Counted from the stretch's first letter, positions 28,056-38,064 are shown. The stretch is DNA of 64,000 bases from Candidatus Latescibacterota bacterium (GCA_965221775.1 CBDCSU010000006.1:1024001-1088000); one strand, 5' to 3'. The notes: generated from the letters alone by a model not told the origin. Program-made: numbers and translations.

Positions 28056-29011
28056 TCGGCGGGCGCCGCCTGATCCTCCTGTCCGCCGCGGCTGTCGCCG
28101 CTGGCCTGGGGCCGGGCATCGAGGCGCCCGGGCCATGGGGCCTCGACGCGCTCTCGGCCGCCACCCCCGGCCACGTGGCCGTCATCGGCGCCGCCACCCC
28201 GTCCGGCCCGGGGGCCCCCGAGTCGGCCACCGCAGCGGATCTCGGGCGCGGCGCCATCTACCTCTCCGGGGGTCTGCACAGGGCCATCGACCCGTCCTCC
28301 GAGCGAATCCTCGTGCGCCCCGGTCACGGCCCCATGGACGCGCGGGCGACGGCCCTGCACGCGCAGGTGGTCGCCGCCGTGGTCAAGGAGGTCGCGGGGA
28401 CCGCGCCGGAGGCCGGCATCGGCCTGCTGCTGGGCGGCGTCCCGGGGACGGCGGCGGAGCCGGCCGCCGGACTGGCCGAGGCCCTGGCGGCCCTGCGCGA
28501 AGACCCGGAGCTGGCCGGGGTCGCCCTCGAGATCCTGGATCTGCGCGAGGAAGAGCTGGAGGAGACGCAGGTGCCGGGGGGCGGCTCCGAATCCTACGCC
28601 ATGGCGATCAGCGTGCTTGAGTGCGACGCCCTCGTCAACATCGCCCGGCCGGGGGCCCCCCTGGCCGGCCTCGACAACCTCCGGGGCCTGGCCGGTCCCG
28701 TGGCCGGGGGTGCGGCCCCCGGCGCCGTCGACCTGATCCTGCTGGCGGAGGTGGACTACACCCTCCTCGACATGACCGCACACGAGGGCGCGCCCGGCGG
28801 CTCCCTGGTGCTGGCCGGCGCCGACGGCATCGCCGTGGACCGCGCCGCCGCCGCCCTCCTCGGGGTCGAGGGGGAATCCCTGTCGCCGCTGGTCGCCGCC
28901 GGGGGCCTGCGCATCGGCGTCTCCATCCTGGCCAACATCAAGGTCGCCGGCCTCGAGGTCCCGGGATCGTGGACGCCGCCGCCGGACACCACCGGCGTGG
29001 AGCCGCGCTAG
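28052..29011 (+). CDS. Secreted protein, possibly a degenerate DUF362-like domain
   Basis: Signal-like N-terminus, ECDALVNI, DNLRGL and AGADGIAVD resemble DUF362 but without its usual K-x-H. TTG start overlaps the glcF stop. Confidence 0.5.
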   Translation: MIGGRRLILLSAAAVAAGLGPGIEAPGPWGLDALSAATPGHVAVIGAATPSGPGAPESATAADLGRGAIYLSGGLHRAIDPSSERILVRPGHGPMDARATALHAQVVAAVVKEVAGTAPEAGIGLLLGGVPGTAAEPAAGLAEALAALREDPELAGVALEILDLREEELEETQVPGGGSESYAMAISVLECDALVNIARPGAPLAGLDNLRGLAGPVAGGAAPGAVDLILLAEVDYTLLDMTAHEGAPGGSLVLAGADGIAVDRAAAALLGVEGESLSPLVAAGGLRIGVSILANIKVAGLEVPGSWTPPPDTTGVEPR

Positions 29012-29030
29012 TCTCGCCGCCGCCCCGTGG

Positions 29031-29324
29031 CCCGGGGTCTTCGCCCTGGGTCCCGAGTTCCCATGACGGTGGACCCTCGACTACAACCCCGACCTGCCGG
29101 CGGTGGACAACGTCCGCTCCGCCGAGGCCCGCCGGGACTGCGGCGCCCCACCGCGCGCGGGCGTCTCTGCGCGTCTACAACCTGCAGGGGCAGAGGGTGC
29201 GCACCCTGATCGAGGGCGAGGTGTCAGCCGGCTGCGGCGAGGTTTCCTGGGACGGCCGGGACCAGCACGGGCGCCCGGTGCCGGCGGCGTCTGCCTCTAC
29301 CGCCTGGAGAGCCAGCTCCCCTGA
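29031..29324 (+). pseudogene. Fragment of an FlgD/Ig-like C-terminal domain
   Basis: PGVFALGPEFP*, then LRVYNLQGQRVRTL...VSWDGRD..GRPV, with GVCLYRLE in another frame. Parallels the intact C-terminus of the 53075-55825 protein. Confidence 0.7.
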
Positions 29325-30127
29325 TCATCGCACATCCACGCCGACGCCGTCATCGGCTGGGCTGGTCGGTCTTCAACGACTACGACTCCGAGGGCAACCC
29401 CCTGAGGTTCCGGCCCCGCACCGTGTGCGCCCTGGCCGGCGCCTGCCGGCGCATCCGCCACCTGTCGCTGGCCGACTCCCTCGGCGTCGACTTCCACAAG
29501 ACCGGGTTCGCCCCCTAAGTCTCCAGCCTCGTGGTGGTGAAGGACGGGGAGGACCTGCAACTGGTGACGCGGAGCCCGGAGCAGATGCCCTACCTCTACC
29601 ACTCTCGGCTACCACCGGCCCGGCATGTACACCCTTGAGACCTCCGGGCCGGCACCGGTCCCTTGGCCGCCCTCTCCAACTACCGCCTCTTCGGCGAGCG
29701 GGGCCTCCAGGCCGCGATCGGCCATCTCGTCGAGATGGCCCAGCTCCTGCGCGAGCACCTCGAAGGACACGAGGGCAGGACCGTCCTTCAACGGCGACAA
29801 CTTCGGCACGGTGACCCTCTTCCGCGCCTCTCTCCCGGGGGTGGACACCTTTTCCATCAAGGAGCGGAGTTCGACGACCCGGCCTGGCGGGAAAGCCTGA
29901 TCGCCGGCAACGACTTCAACTGGAAGGTACTCGACTACGTGCACTCGGAGGCGTTGGAGGGGCGGGGCGTCGTCATCTCCTCCACCGACTGCTATCGCCG
30001 CACCGCCTACGACGAGCCGATCGTGGCCCTGAAGTCGTACATCCTGTCACCCTTCGTCGGCGAGCGCGACATCGAGGCGGTGGTGGCCAAGCTCCTGGAG
30101 GCCCGGGAGAAGATCGGGGGTGGTTAG
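29325..30127 (+). pseudogene. Degraded group II PLP-dependent decarboxylase (C-terminal half)
   Basis: HIHADAVIGW, ADSLGVDFHKTGFAP* (in-frame TAA at 29516), TLETS, FGTVTLFR and ALKSYILSPF spread over several frames. No N-terminus present. Confidence 0.8.
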
Positions 30128-30239
30128 CCCGGACCAGTCGGGCTTGGAGCCCGTCAAGCTCGCCGCTGTGATGCCTATCCCGACGATCCTGTCGGTGCGA
30201 GCGTCATCAGTCGCCCTGTAGGATAAACTTTCGCTCGAA

Positions 30240-30268
30240 TTGCTTCTCTCTCAGCCACAAGCTATCAT
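30240..30268 (+). promoter_or_regulatory. Candidate sigma70 promoter of the helicase
   Basis: TTGCTT-N17-TATCAT, followed by GGAGG and GTG at 30306. Confidence 0.55.
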
Positions 30269-30305
30269 CGTCGGCCGCCTAAGGCACAAACCCCCGGAGG
30301 ACCAA

Positions 30306-32585
30306 GTGAGTGATCTCGACATCGAGCATTTCTTGGGGCGCCTGAAGCAACTTGACGCACTGCGCGATTCAGACACGGTGAGACGTGGAGAACTCGACCG
30401 CATAGAGCCCCGCTACGCGGATGAATGGCCCCGGCAGCTCAACCCAGCAGTCGGTGAGGCACTGACACAGGCGGGAATAGCCCAGCCCTACCAGCATCAG
30501 GCCGATGCCATCGCCCTCAGCCTGAGCGGCGCGGACGTGGTGATGGAGTCCCCCACCGCCAGCGGCAAGACCCTATCCTTCACCGCCCCAATGCTCCACG
30601 CCCTGAAGCAAACTCGTGATTCCCATGCGCTGATGATCTACCCCATGAAGGCCCTGGCTTTCGACCAGCGTGAGCAAATCCGCCACATTTGCGAACCGCT
30701 CGGTGTAGAATCATGGCCTTACGATGGCGACGCGTCAGAGGACATCAAGACTTGCCTACGGGAAAGCCCTCCTCACATCTTACTGACCAATCCCGAATAT
30801 CTCAATATGTCATTCCTGGCAAGCCGGGAGTCGTGGAACAAACATGCGAAGGGATCTCGATTCCTGCGCAACTTACGCTATGTCGTCATTGATGAAATGC
30901 ACGAATACCGTGGGTTCTTCGGCAGCAACATGGCACTCTTGTTGCGCAGGTTTTTCCTACATCTCAGTCGCATTGAAGCACACCCCCAGGTGTTTCTTTC
31001 CACCGCGACCTGTGCCAATCCGAGGGAACATGCCCAGTCCCTGACCGGACGCGACATGGAAGTAGTGTCCGCAAGGAACGTGCTACGTCCCAGACGGCAC
31101 TTCCTCTTCGTTGATCCGGAAATCCCCTCCTTTCAGTACAGGGAAGTACTCCAGTTGCGTATCGAGCAAGCTGCACTCACCGCCCTTACTGAAGGGTTGC
31201 AGGTTCTGGTGTTCTGCCCCACCAAGCGCTTCCTGGAGGGGGCATTCCGCAATTGTCGGCGCAAGGCAGATGAGCAGGGCTTCGACCCAGATCAGATCTC
31301 TGCATTCCATGCCGACCTCAAGAGCGAACAACGTCAGGACATTCAGCAGGAGATCAAGGCAGGCAGAGTCCGTGTGGTGTTCACTACTAACGCCTTGGAA
31401 ATTGGGCTCGACGTTGGCGGCCTGGATGGAGTGATTCTAGCAGGTTTCCCCCCCAGCATAATGTCGGCTTGGCAGCAGATTGGCCGCGCCGGACGCGCGT
31501 GGGACCAAGATGCCTTCGTGCTCTTCTACGCCATGAACGACCCCATCGATCGCTTCTTTGTGGGCAATCTCGGAGCCTTCTTGGAAAAGCCCTTCGACGA
31601 ACTGGTGGTAGATCCTGCCAACGAAGAACTGATCGGCAAACACCTTCCTTCCCTGGTCGAAGAAACCGGAGGAAAAGTCTCGACTAGTGAAGAGGCCATA
31701 CTCGGCGGGCCATTCTACAGAAGGGCAGAGAAGAACACCGGGACGGTTCCGGCAGGCTTCAAGCCACAATTCGCTCTGAATCTCCGTGGAGCTATCGGAC
31801 AGTCTTTCGTCTTGAAGAGAGGCAATGAAGAACTGGGACAGGTTTCTGCCATGCGAAGGTTTCGTGAAGCCTACATAGGAGCCATTTTCCCCTTCTTTGG
31901 CCACCGCTATCATGTGCGCTCCCATGAGGAACAGTCTGTCGTCCTTGAAGACTCTGAACAGCACCTCCGAACCGAACCCGGATTCTACACAGTACTTTCC
32001 AAGGCTGATATCTTGGATGGTCGCAGTTACGGGGACATCAGCGTCTACTACGGCTCTCTCGACATCGTGGTCAATTTCACTGGATACAAGCTGGTTGACG
32101 AGCGTTCCGGAGACGTCATCAAGACCGGTGGCGACAACGATGCCTTGTTCCTCAAGAGCCTGCATTCTCTCTGGCTTGACGTGCCACAAAGCGAAACCGC
32201 GGTTGACGGCATTGGGGCAGTAGAGCACATGATTCGCGTCGGGGCAATGTTCGTGATTCCAATGGACCGTTTCGACACCAGCACCTACTCGGTCCGGGGT
32301 GGCGAGCTTGCCGCGTACTGCTACGAGAACTACTCCGGCGGCATCGGAGTGGCGAAGAAGCTCTTCAGCGTGTGGGACACGGCAATGGAGAAGGGAGCGG
32401 AGATCGCCCGCAACTGCCGGTGCCCCCTGGGATGCCAAAACTGCATCGAGCCTGCCAAATCCTGGGACATCAGCAACGCCCACATTGACAAGGTGAAGGG
32501 ACTCGAACTGGCAGAGGACCTGTTGGGGGCAGTACGCGAAGGGCCAACTCACGAATTCAGGAATGGCCTAATGGGTCCCGTATAG
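30306..32585 (+). CDS. SF2 DEAD/DEAH helicase with C-terminal DUF1998 Zn domain (MrfA/Hrq1/SftH-like)
   Basis: PYQHQ, TASGKT, YPMKAL..DQ, DEMH, TNALEIGLDVG, QQIGRAGR and GGIG...CRC..GC..C motifs. Visibly lower GC than its flanks. Confidence 0.9.
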   Translation: MSDLDIEHFLGRLKQLDALRDSDTVRRGELDRIEPRYADEWPRQLNPAVGEALTQAGIAQPYQHQADAIALSLSGADVVMESPTASGKTLSFTAPMLHALKQTRDSHALMIYPMKALAFDQREQIRHICEPLGVESWPYDGDASEDIKTCLRESPPHILLTNPEYLNMSFLASRESWNKHAKGSRFLRNLRYVVIDEMHEYRGFFGSNMALLLRRFFLHLSRIEAHPQVFLSTATCANPREHAQSLTGRDMEVVSARNVLRPRRHFLFVDPEIPSFQYREVLQLRIEQAALTALTEGLQVLVFCPTKRFLEGAFRNCRRKADEQGFDPDQISAFHADLKSEQRQDIQQEIKAGRVRVVFTTNALEIGLDVGGLDGVILAGFPPSIMSAWQQIGRAGRAWDQDAFVLFYAMNDPIDRFFVGNLGAFLEKPFDELVVDPANEELIGKHLPSLVEETGGKVSTSEEAILGGPFYRRAEKNTGTVPAGFKPQFALNLRGAIGQSFVLKRGNEELGQVSAMRRFREAYIGAIFPFFGHRYHVRSHEEQSVVLEDSEQHLRTEPGFYTVLSKADILDGRSYGDISVYYGSLDIVVNFTGYKLVDERSGDVIKTGGDNDALFLKSLHSLWLDVPQSETAVDGIGAVEHMIRVGAMFVIPMDRFDTSTYSVRGGELAAYCYENYSGGIGVAKKLFSVWDTAMEKGAEIARNCRCPLGCQNCIEPAKSWDISNAHIDKVKGLELAEDLLGAVREGPTHEFRNGLMGPV

Positions 32586-32702
32586 TGGAAGCCCCGACAA
32601 GGACGTTCGCCGGAGCAAATCCACCTCTCTCCCCGATGGAGATCCCCCGGGGCGATAGGGGTGAAAGGGTGGGCAGTGCCCCGGGCGTTCTTGCTTCCGC
32701 CC

Positions 32703-35240
32703 TCAACCCCGCTGCCCCGCCAGCGGCACCTCCGTGCTCTCGCTGGTGGCCAGGGTCAGGGCGCGCAGGTCCTCGGGCTCGATGTTGTGGAGCACCGTCT
32801 TGCCGCAGCAGCGCGCCATCATCGACGCCTCGCTGCAGTTGGCGCGCACCAGGTTGGCCACGGCCGAGGCGCGCTCCCCGGCGCCGAGGTCGGCGTCGAA
32901 GGCCAGCTCCGAGCCCTGCACGTGACCTCCCGCCGCCAGTCCCGCCGAGACACCCAGCACCATGGCCGCGGCGCCCAGGCCGATGAGCTTGGCCGCGTCG
33001 GTGCCGGAGCGGACCCCGCCGAAGTGGACCAGGTCCACGTCGCCCTCGCGGCGGTGCTCGCGCAGGAGACGCACGGCGTCGCGCAACAGCCGCAGGTCGG
33101 GCGCCCCGGCCAGCTCCGCCCAGCCGTTGGCGGGCCACGCGGGGCCCTGGCCGTTGAGGAGCAGAAGCGACTGGTCCTGCTCCAAGGCCGCGGAAACGGC
33201 CGCCTCCAGATGCTCCCGCCGCGAGACGACCAGCCCCGTGACCTGGCCCTCCCGCAACCGCTCAGGCAGGCGGGCCCCGCCGGCGCCTGACACCAGCCGC
33301 AGCAGCCCGGCCGCCTCCGCCCGCGGCGCGGAACCGTCACCGCCGAGCATCTGGAGCCAGGGCACCGCCGTCTCCCGGGACAGGGGCCGGGCGCCCACGT
33401 AGACGGCCTCCGCCTCGGCCAGCCCGAGGGCCACGGCCTCCTTCACCTGGCGGGGGGACTCGTCGAAGCCGGTCACCATCAGCGGATGGGCCAGCTCCAG
33501 GACGCCGCCCAGCTCGCAGGCGACGCGGCAGGCCTCGCGGTAGGGGTCGATCACCAGGCGCGACAGGTTCGCGGGCAGGAAGACCAGGTCCTCCAGCTGC
33601 GGCGGCCGCTGCTCGGGGAAGGGGTTGTCCCGCGGCGCCAGGCGCCGCCGCAGCATGGCCTGCTGCTTGTCGGTCTCCCCCGTCTCCATGCGGGCCATGG
33701 AGAACAGGTCCTCGCGGTGCTGCACGCTGTAGTCGGGGGTGCCGGTCTCGGCGTCGCAGCGGTAGCAGCGCGCCGCCTCCTTGTGGGCCGACTCGGGGTC
33801 GTAGGTGCTCTCGATCTCGGGGAACGTCACCGGCTCGCGGCCGAGGCCGTGGAACTCCGGGTGCTGCAGGGCCAGCCGCTCCCACAAGGCGTCCTGGGCC
33901 ACCTCCACGCGGCGGGTGCGGTACGGGGTGCGGTAGGGCAGGGGCTCGTCGTGGCCCTCGAGGAAGTTGCGCACGTAGTAGGCGGCCTTCTGCCCGTGGT
34001 GCATGGCGATGACGATCGTCGAGCCGCCGAAGGCGCCGTCGCCGGCGGCGAAGACCTTGGGGTCGGTGGTGCGCATGCTGTCGAAGTCGGCGTCGATGCG
34101 GTCGGGGCGCATCATGCCCAGTTGGTCCAGCTCCTCGCAGACCCCCTTCTGCCCCACCGACGCGATCACCATGCCGCACTCGATGTCGTGCTCGCTTCCC
34201 GGCACGTTGACCGGACTGCGGCGGCCGTCGGCCTCGGGCTCGCCCAGCTCGGTGCGCACGCACTTCAGGGCGAGTCCCTCCCCCCGGGGTTCCACCGCCA
34301 CCGGCTGGGTGTGGTAGACGAACTCGATGCCCTCGGCGATCGCCCCCTCCAGCTCGATGCGCCGCGCCGGGATCTCCTCCGGGCCGCGGCGGTAGAGGAC
34401 CTGCACGTGCTCGCAGCCGGGCAGCCGCCGGGCGACGCGGCAGGCGTCCATGGCCACGTCGCCGCCGCCGACGACGACCACCTTCTCGGGCAGCCGGGGC
34501 CGCGCCCCGGCGTTGATCTCGCGCAGCCAGCCGACGCCGTCGATCACGCCCTCGTGCTCCTCGCCCGGGATCCCCATCGGCTTGCCCCACCAGGCACCGA
34601 TGGCCAGCAGCACGGCGTCGTGGCGCTCCTTCAGCTCCTCCAGGCTGATGTCGCGGCCGAGGGCGGTGTTCAGGTGGACCTCCAGGCCGGGGCAGCGCCG
34701 CGTCAGGCGCGTGATGTCCTCGTCGATGATGCCCGGCGGCAGGCGGAAGGCCGGGATCCCCCAGACCATCATGCCGCCGAGGCGGTCGGTCATCTCGTAG
34801 ACGTGCACGGCGTACCCGGCCTCGCCGAGGTCGTGGGCGGCGGTCAGCCCCGCGGGGCCGGCGCCGACGATGGCGATCGTCTCCTTCTTCGTCACCGGCA
34901 CCGGCGGCGGGTCGCAGCGGTGTCCGATGCGGTCCATGACGAAGCGCTTGAGGTTGCGGATCTGGATCGGGCCGTCCGAGTCGGTGCGCCGGCAGGCGGG
35001 CTCGCAGGGGGCGTCGCAGACGCGGCCGCAGATCGAGCTGAAGGGGTTGGTCGCCGTGATCGCCTCGAAGGCCTCCTCGTACTTCCCCTCCCAGATCAGG
35101 CCGATGTAGGAGGCCGCGTCGGTGCCCACGGGGCAGGCGACCTGGCAGGGCGCGGGTACGTAGTGGAGGTCGCCGGTGTCGTCGGCGAAGCCGGGCGGGG
35201 CGTCCGGCATGTCGATGCGCAGCAGGTCGTAGACGGCCAT
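32703..35240 (-). CDS. GltD-like Fe-S/FAD/NAD(P)H oxidoreductase fused to a degenerate glutamate-synthase FMN barrel
   Basis: PCQVACP, CGRVCDAPCEPAC, GAGPAG, GGGDVAMD and RCYRC, then LVFLPANLSR, GGVRSGTD and RCCGKTVLHNIEPEDL. Confidence 0.8.
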   Translation of the reverse strand: MAVYDLLRIDMPDAPPGFADDTGDLHYVPAPCQVACPVGTDAASYIGLIWEGKYEEAFEAITATNPFSSICGRVCDAPCEPACRRTDSDGPIQIRNLKRFVMDRIGHRCDPPPVPVTKKETIAIVGAGPAGLTAAHDLGEAGYAVHVYEMTDRLGGMMVWGIPAFRLPPGIIDEDITRLTRRCPGLEVHLNTALGRDISLEELKERHDAVLLAIGAWWGKPMGIPGEEHEGVIDGVGWLREINAGARPRLPEKVVVVGGGDVAMDACRVARRLPGCEHVQVLYRRGPEEIPARRIELEGAIAEGIEFVYHTQPVAVEPRGEGLALKCVRTELGEPEADGRRSPVNVPGSEHDIECGMVIASVGQKGVCEELDQLGMMRPDRIDADFDSMRTTDPKVFAAGDGAFGGSTIVIAMHHGQKAAYYVRNFLEGHDEPLPYRTPYRTRRVEVAQDALWERLALQHPEFHGLGREPVTFPEIESTYDPESAHKEAARCYRCDAETGTPDYSVQHREDLFSMARMETGETDKQQAMLRRRLAPRDNPFPEQRPPQLEDLVFLPANLSRLVIDPYREACRVACELGGVLELAHPLMVTGFDESPRQVKEAVALGLAEAEAVYVGARPLSRETAVPWLQMLGGDGSAPRAEAAGLLRLVSGAGGARLPERLREGQVTGLVVSRREHLEAAVSAALEQDQSLLLLNGQGPAWPANGWAELAGAPDLRLLRDAVRLLREHRREGDVDLVHFGGVRSGTDAAKLIGLGAAAMVLGVSAGLAAGGHVQGSELAFDADLGAGERASAVANLVRANCSEASMMARCCGKTVLHNIEPEDLRALTLATSESTEVPLAGQRG

Positions 35241-35244
35241 GGAG

Positions 35245-37170
35245 TCAGCCTTGGCCGGGCGCCAGCGGGAGCCCGGTGATCTCGGCGGCCTCCGGCGTCA
35301 GCGCCACGAGGTCGCCGCGGTTCAGCTCGCGGGTGCTGGAGTAGCCCATGCCGTGGGTCAGGGCGGCGATCTGCCAGCGCACGGTCTCCAGGAAGCGGTG
35401 GATGTTGCGCGCCTCCACGGCCGGCTCGTAGCGCTTCTCGTGCTCCGGGTCCTGGGTGGCGATGCCGGTGACGCACTGGCCCACGTGGCACTGCATGCAG
35501 GCGATGCAGCCGCCGGCGATGAGCACCGAGGTGCCGAAGGCGGCGGCGTCCGCCCCCAGGCAGAGGGCCTTCACCGCGTCGATGCCGTCCCGCAGGCCGC
35601 CCATGAGGACGACCTCGATGTCCTGGCGGCGGCCGATCTCCTCCAGCGCCTCCAGGGCCTCGATGATCGCCGGCAGGGTGGGGATGCCCACGTGGTCGAT
35701 GACCTCGCCGCTGCCGGCGCCGGTGGCGCCCTGCATGCCGTCCAGCTCGACGAAGTCGAAGCCGTCCTTGACGGCGATCTTGATGTCGTCGCGCACGCGG
35801 CCGGCGCCGAGCTTGACGCTCACCGGCTTGCGGTAGCCCGTGGCCTCGCGGAACTCCTCGATCTTGATGACCAGGTCGTCGGCGCCGAGGATGTCCGGGT
35901 GGCGCGACGGCGAGCGCAGGTCGATGCCCGCCGGGATGCCGCGGATCGCCGCCAGCTCCGGCGTCACCTTCTTGGCCATCAGCTGGCCGCCGAGGCCGGG
36001 CTTGGCCCCCTGGGAGATGTAGATCTCCAGGCCGTCGGCGCGCTTCATGTCGTGGATGTTCCAGCCCAGGCGGCCGCCCAAGCACTGGAAGATCAGCTGC
36101 TTGGCCGCGTCCCTCTGGGCGTCGCTCATGCCGCCCTCGCCGGTGTTCTCGGCGATGTCGGACATGGCCGAGGCCATGGCCACGGCCTGCTTCGTCGAGC
36201 GGCTGATGGCGCCGTAGCTCATGGGCGCGATCATGACCGGCATGCTCAGCTTCAGCGGCTCCGCTCCGTTGAGGCCGCCGATCTCGGTGCGCATCCGGAC
36301 CCTGGAGACCACGTCTTCCACCTGCCCGGCGCCGGTCAGGTCGGCGCGGAAGCCGAGGTCGGCCAGGTGCGGAAGGGGCCGCGCCGCCCCGTAGCCGCGG
36401 ATGCGGTAGCGGCCGATGCGCGACTTGACGTGCACGTCCTCCTGCACCTTGGGGTTCCAGTACTCCGAGTCCCGCGAGTAGGTGAAGAAGGGGATGCTGC
36501 GCACTTGGGGCTCCTCGGTGGCGTAGCGCAGCTTGGTGCCGGCGTTGACGATCTTCCGCAGGGAACCGCGGAAGGGGATCTCCCAGCGGTCGAGGAACTC
36601 GCGCACGCTGTCGTCGTCGCCCTCGTCCAGATCGGTCAGCTCGGCGTCGCTGCCGAGGTCGCGAACCTGGCCCCCCACGAAGATCTCGCCCCCGGTCATG
36701 TCCTCGCCGACGCGCTCGCCCGAATCGCCGAGGAGGATGATGCGCCCCCCGTACATCATGTAGCCGGCCATGAAGTTGGCGTTGCCGGCGCAGCACAGGG
36801 TGCCGGCCTTCATCACCTGGCCGGCGCGGGAGCCGAGGTTGCCGTGGACCACCACCTCGGCGCCGCGGATGGCGACGCCGGCGATGGCCCCGGCGTTGCC
36901 GCGGACCACCACCGATCCGGTGTACATGTTGTCGGCCAGCCCCCAGCCGACGTTGTTGTCGACCTCGAAGCGGGCCTGGTCCGACAGGCCGGCGCAGAAG
37001 TAGCCCGCCGACCCCCGCACCCGCACACGGATCGGCGAGGTGAGGCCGACGCCGATGTGGTGGCGGGCGTCGGGGTTGAGGACCTCCACGTCCTCGCCGG
37101 CCTCGCCGTGGGCGCGGATGCGTTCGTTGGCCTCGCGGACCGGTACTTGGGCGAGATCTACCTGGACCAT
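35245..37170 (-). CDS. Fused GXGXG (GltB3/MgsB-like) plus FMN-binding (GltB2/MgsC-like) glutamate synthase-related protein
   Basis: N-terminal beta-helix (G.AG.FCAG, GSRAG..MKAG, MAGYMMYGG), followed by APMSYGA, NTGEGG, QGAKPGLGG and CIACMQCHVGQC. Confidence 0.88.
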   Translation of the reverse strand: MVQVDLAQVPVREANERIRAHGEAGEDVEVLNPDARHHIGVGLTSPIRVRVRGSAGYFCAGLSDQARFEVDNNVGWGLADNMYTGSVVVRGNAGAIAGVAIRGAEVVVHGNLGSRAGQVMKAGTLCCAGNANFMAGYMMYGGRIILLGDSGERVGEDMTGGEIFVGGQVRDLGSDAELTDLDEGDDDSVREFLDRWEIPFRGSLRKIVNAGTKLRYATEEPQVRSIPFFTYSRDSEYWNPKVQEDVHVKSRIGRYRIRGYGAARPLPHLADLGFRADLTGAGQVEDVVSRVRMRTEIGGLNGAEPLKLSMPVMIAPMSYGAISRSTKQAVAMASAMSDIAENTGEGGMSDAQRDAAKQLIFQCLGGRLGWNIHDMKRADGLEIYISQGAKPGLGGQLMAKKVTPELAAIRGIPAGIDLRSPSRHPDILGADDLVIKIEEFREATGYRKPVSVKLGAGRVRDDIKIAVKDGFDFVELDGMQGATGAGSGEVIDHVGIPTLPAIIEALEALEEIGRRQDIEVVLMGGLRDGIDAVKALCLGADAAAFGTSVLIAGGCIACMQCHVGQCVTGIATQDPEHEKRYEPAVEARNIHRFLETVRWQIAALTHGMGYSSTRELNRGDLVALTPEAAEITGLPLAPGQG

Positions 37171-38063
37171 GTGGCGTAGGTTCCCGGCGGGGGCTCGCGG
37201 GTGTCGAGGGCCTGGCCGGGGAACAGGCGGTTGAGGGAGACCTCCTCGGAGGCGACGGCCACCAGGTCATCGTTCTCGTACATGATCATCGGCTTGGCGG
37301 CGATGCGGTCCTTGGCGTAGCCGATCTCGTCCTTCGTCGACACCAGGAAGGAGAAGGTGCCGTCCAGGTCGTCGATGGAGGTGCGCAGGGCCTCCTGGAG
37401 CGGCACCCCCTGGGAGAGCTTGTCCGCCAGGTAGACGGCGATCAGCTCCGAGTCGTTGTCGGTGGCGAACTCGAAGCCGCGCTGCTCCAGGCGGCGGCGC
37501 ATCTTCCAGTAGTTGGTGATCTGGCCGTTGTGGACGATGGCCACGTCGGCGAACCCGGTGGCCCAGAAGGGGTGGGAGGCCTCGGGCTTGACGTCGCTCT
37601 CGGTGGCCAGGCGCACGTGGCCGAGGCCGTGGCTGCCCTCGAACTGCTGCACGCCGTAGCGCCCGTCCACGTCGCGGGCGCCGCCCACGTCCTTGACGAT
37701 CTCCAGGCTCGAGCCGATGGAGACGACCTTGGCGGCGTGCTCCACGGCGTAGGCGAAGCGCTGCAGGTCGCCGTCGAACTCGACGGTGACGCGGTAGTCG
37801 CCGCCGACGCGCTCCTCGCTCACCACCGAGGCCCCCTGCTGCTTCAGGGCCTCGCCGATGCGGGCGCAGGCCGCCTCGGCGCCGCCGTCCTCGCCGACGA
37901 TGAAGCGCAGCCGCAGGCGCCCGGGCTCGTCCTCGCCGTAGAGGGCGAACCCGGTGGAGTCGGGGCCGCGGTGCTGGCAGCCGTCGAGCATCTCCACCAG
38001 GGCGCGGCCGGCGCTCAGGTGCTCCGGCGGACGCTTGAACAGGATTCCGGCGATGCCGCACAT
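37158..38063 (-). CDS. mgsA: Class II (Ntn) amidotransferase, N-methylglutamate synthase subunit A-like
   Basis: MCGIAG, HRGPDSTG, GHVRLATES, HPF, VHNG and NDSE motifs. Adjacent to GltB2/GltB3 homologue. Confidence 0.75.
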   Translation of the reverse strand: MCGIAGILFKRPPEHLSAGRALVEMLDGCQHRGPDSTGFALYGEDEPGRLRLRFIVGEDGGAEAACARIGEALKQQGASVVSEERVGGDYRVTVEFDGDLQRFAYAVEHAAKVVSIGSSLEIVKDVGGARDVDGRYGVQQFEGSHGLGHVRLATESDVKPEASHPFWATGFADVAIVHNGQITNYWKMRRRLEQRGFEFATDNDSELIAVYLADKLSQGVPLQEALRTSIDDLDGTFSFLVSTKDEIGYAKDRIAAKPMIMYENDDLVAVASEEVSLNRLFPGQALDTREPPPGTYATWSR

Positions 38064-38064
38064 G

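Noticed and set aside
30306-32585. Assigning the helicase to DISARM or Druantia
   Set aside because: No partner genes are adjacent, and the methyltransferase at 48 kb is 16 kb away in a different unit.
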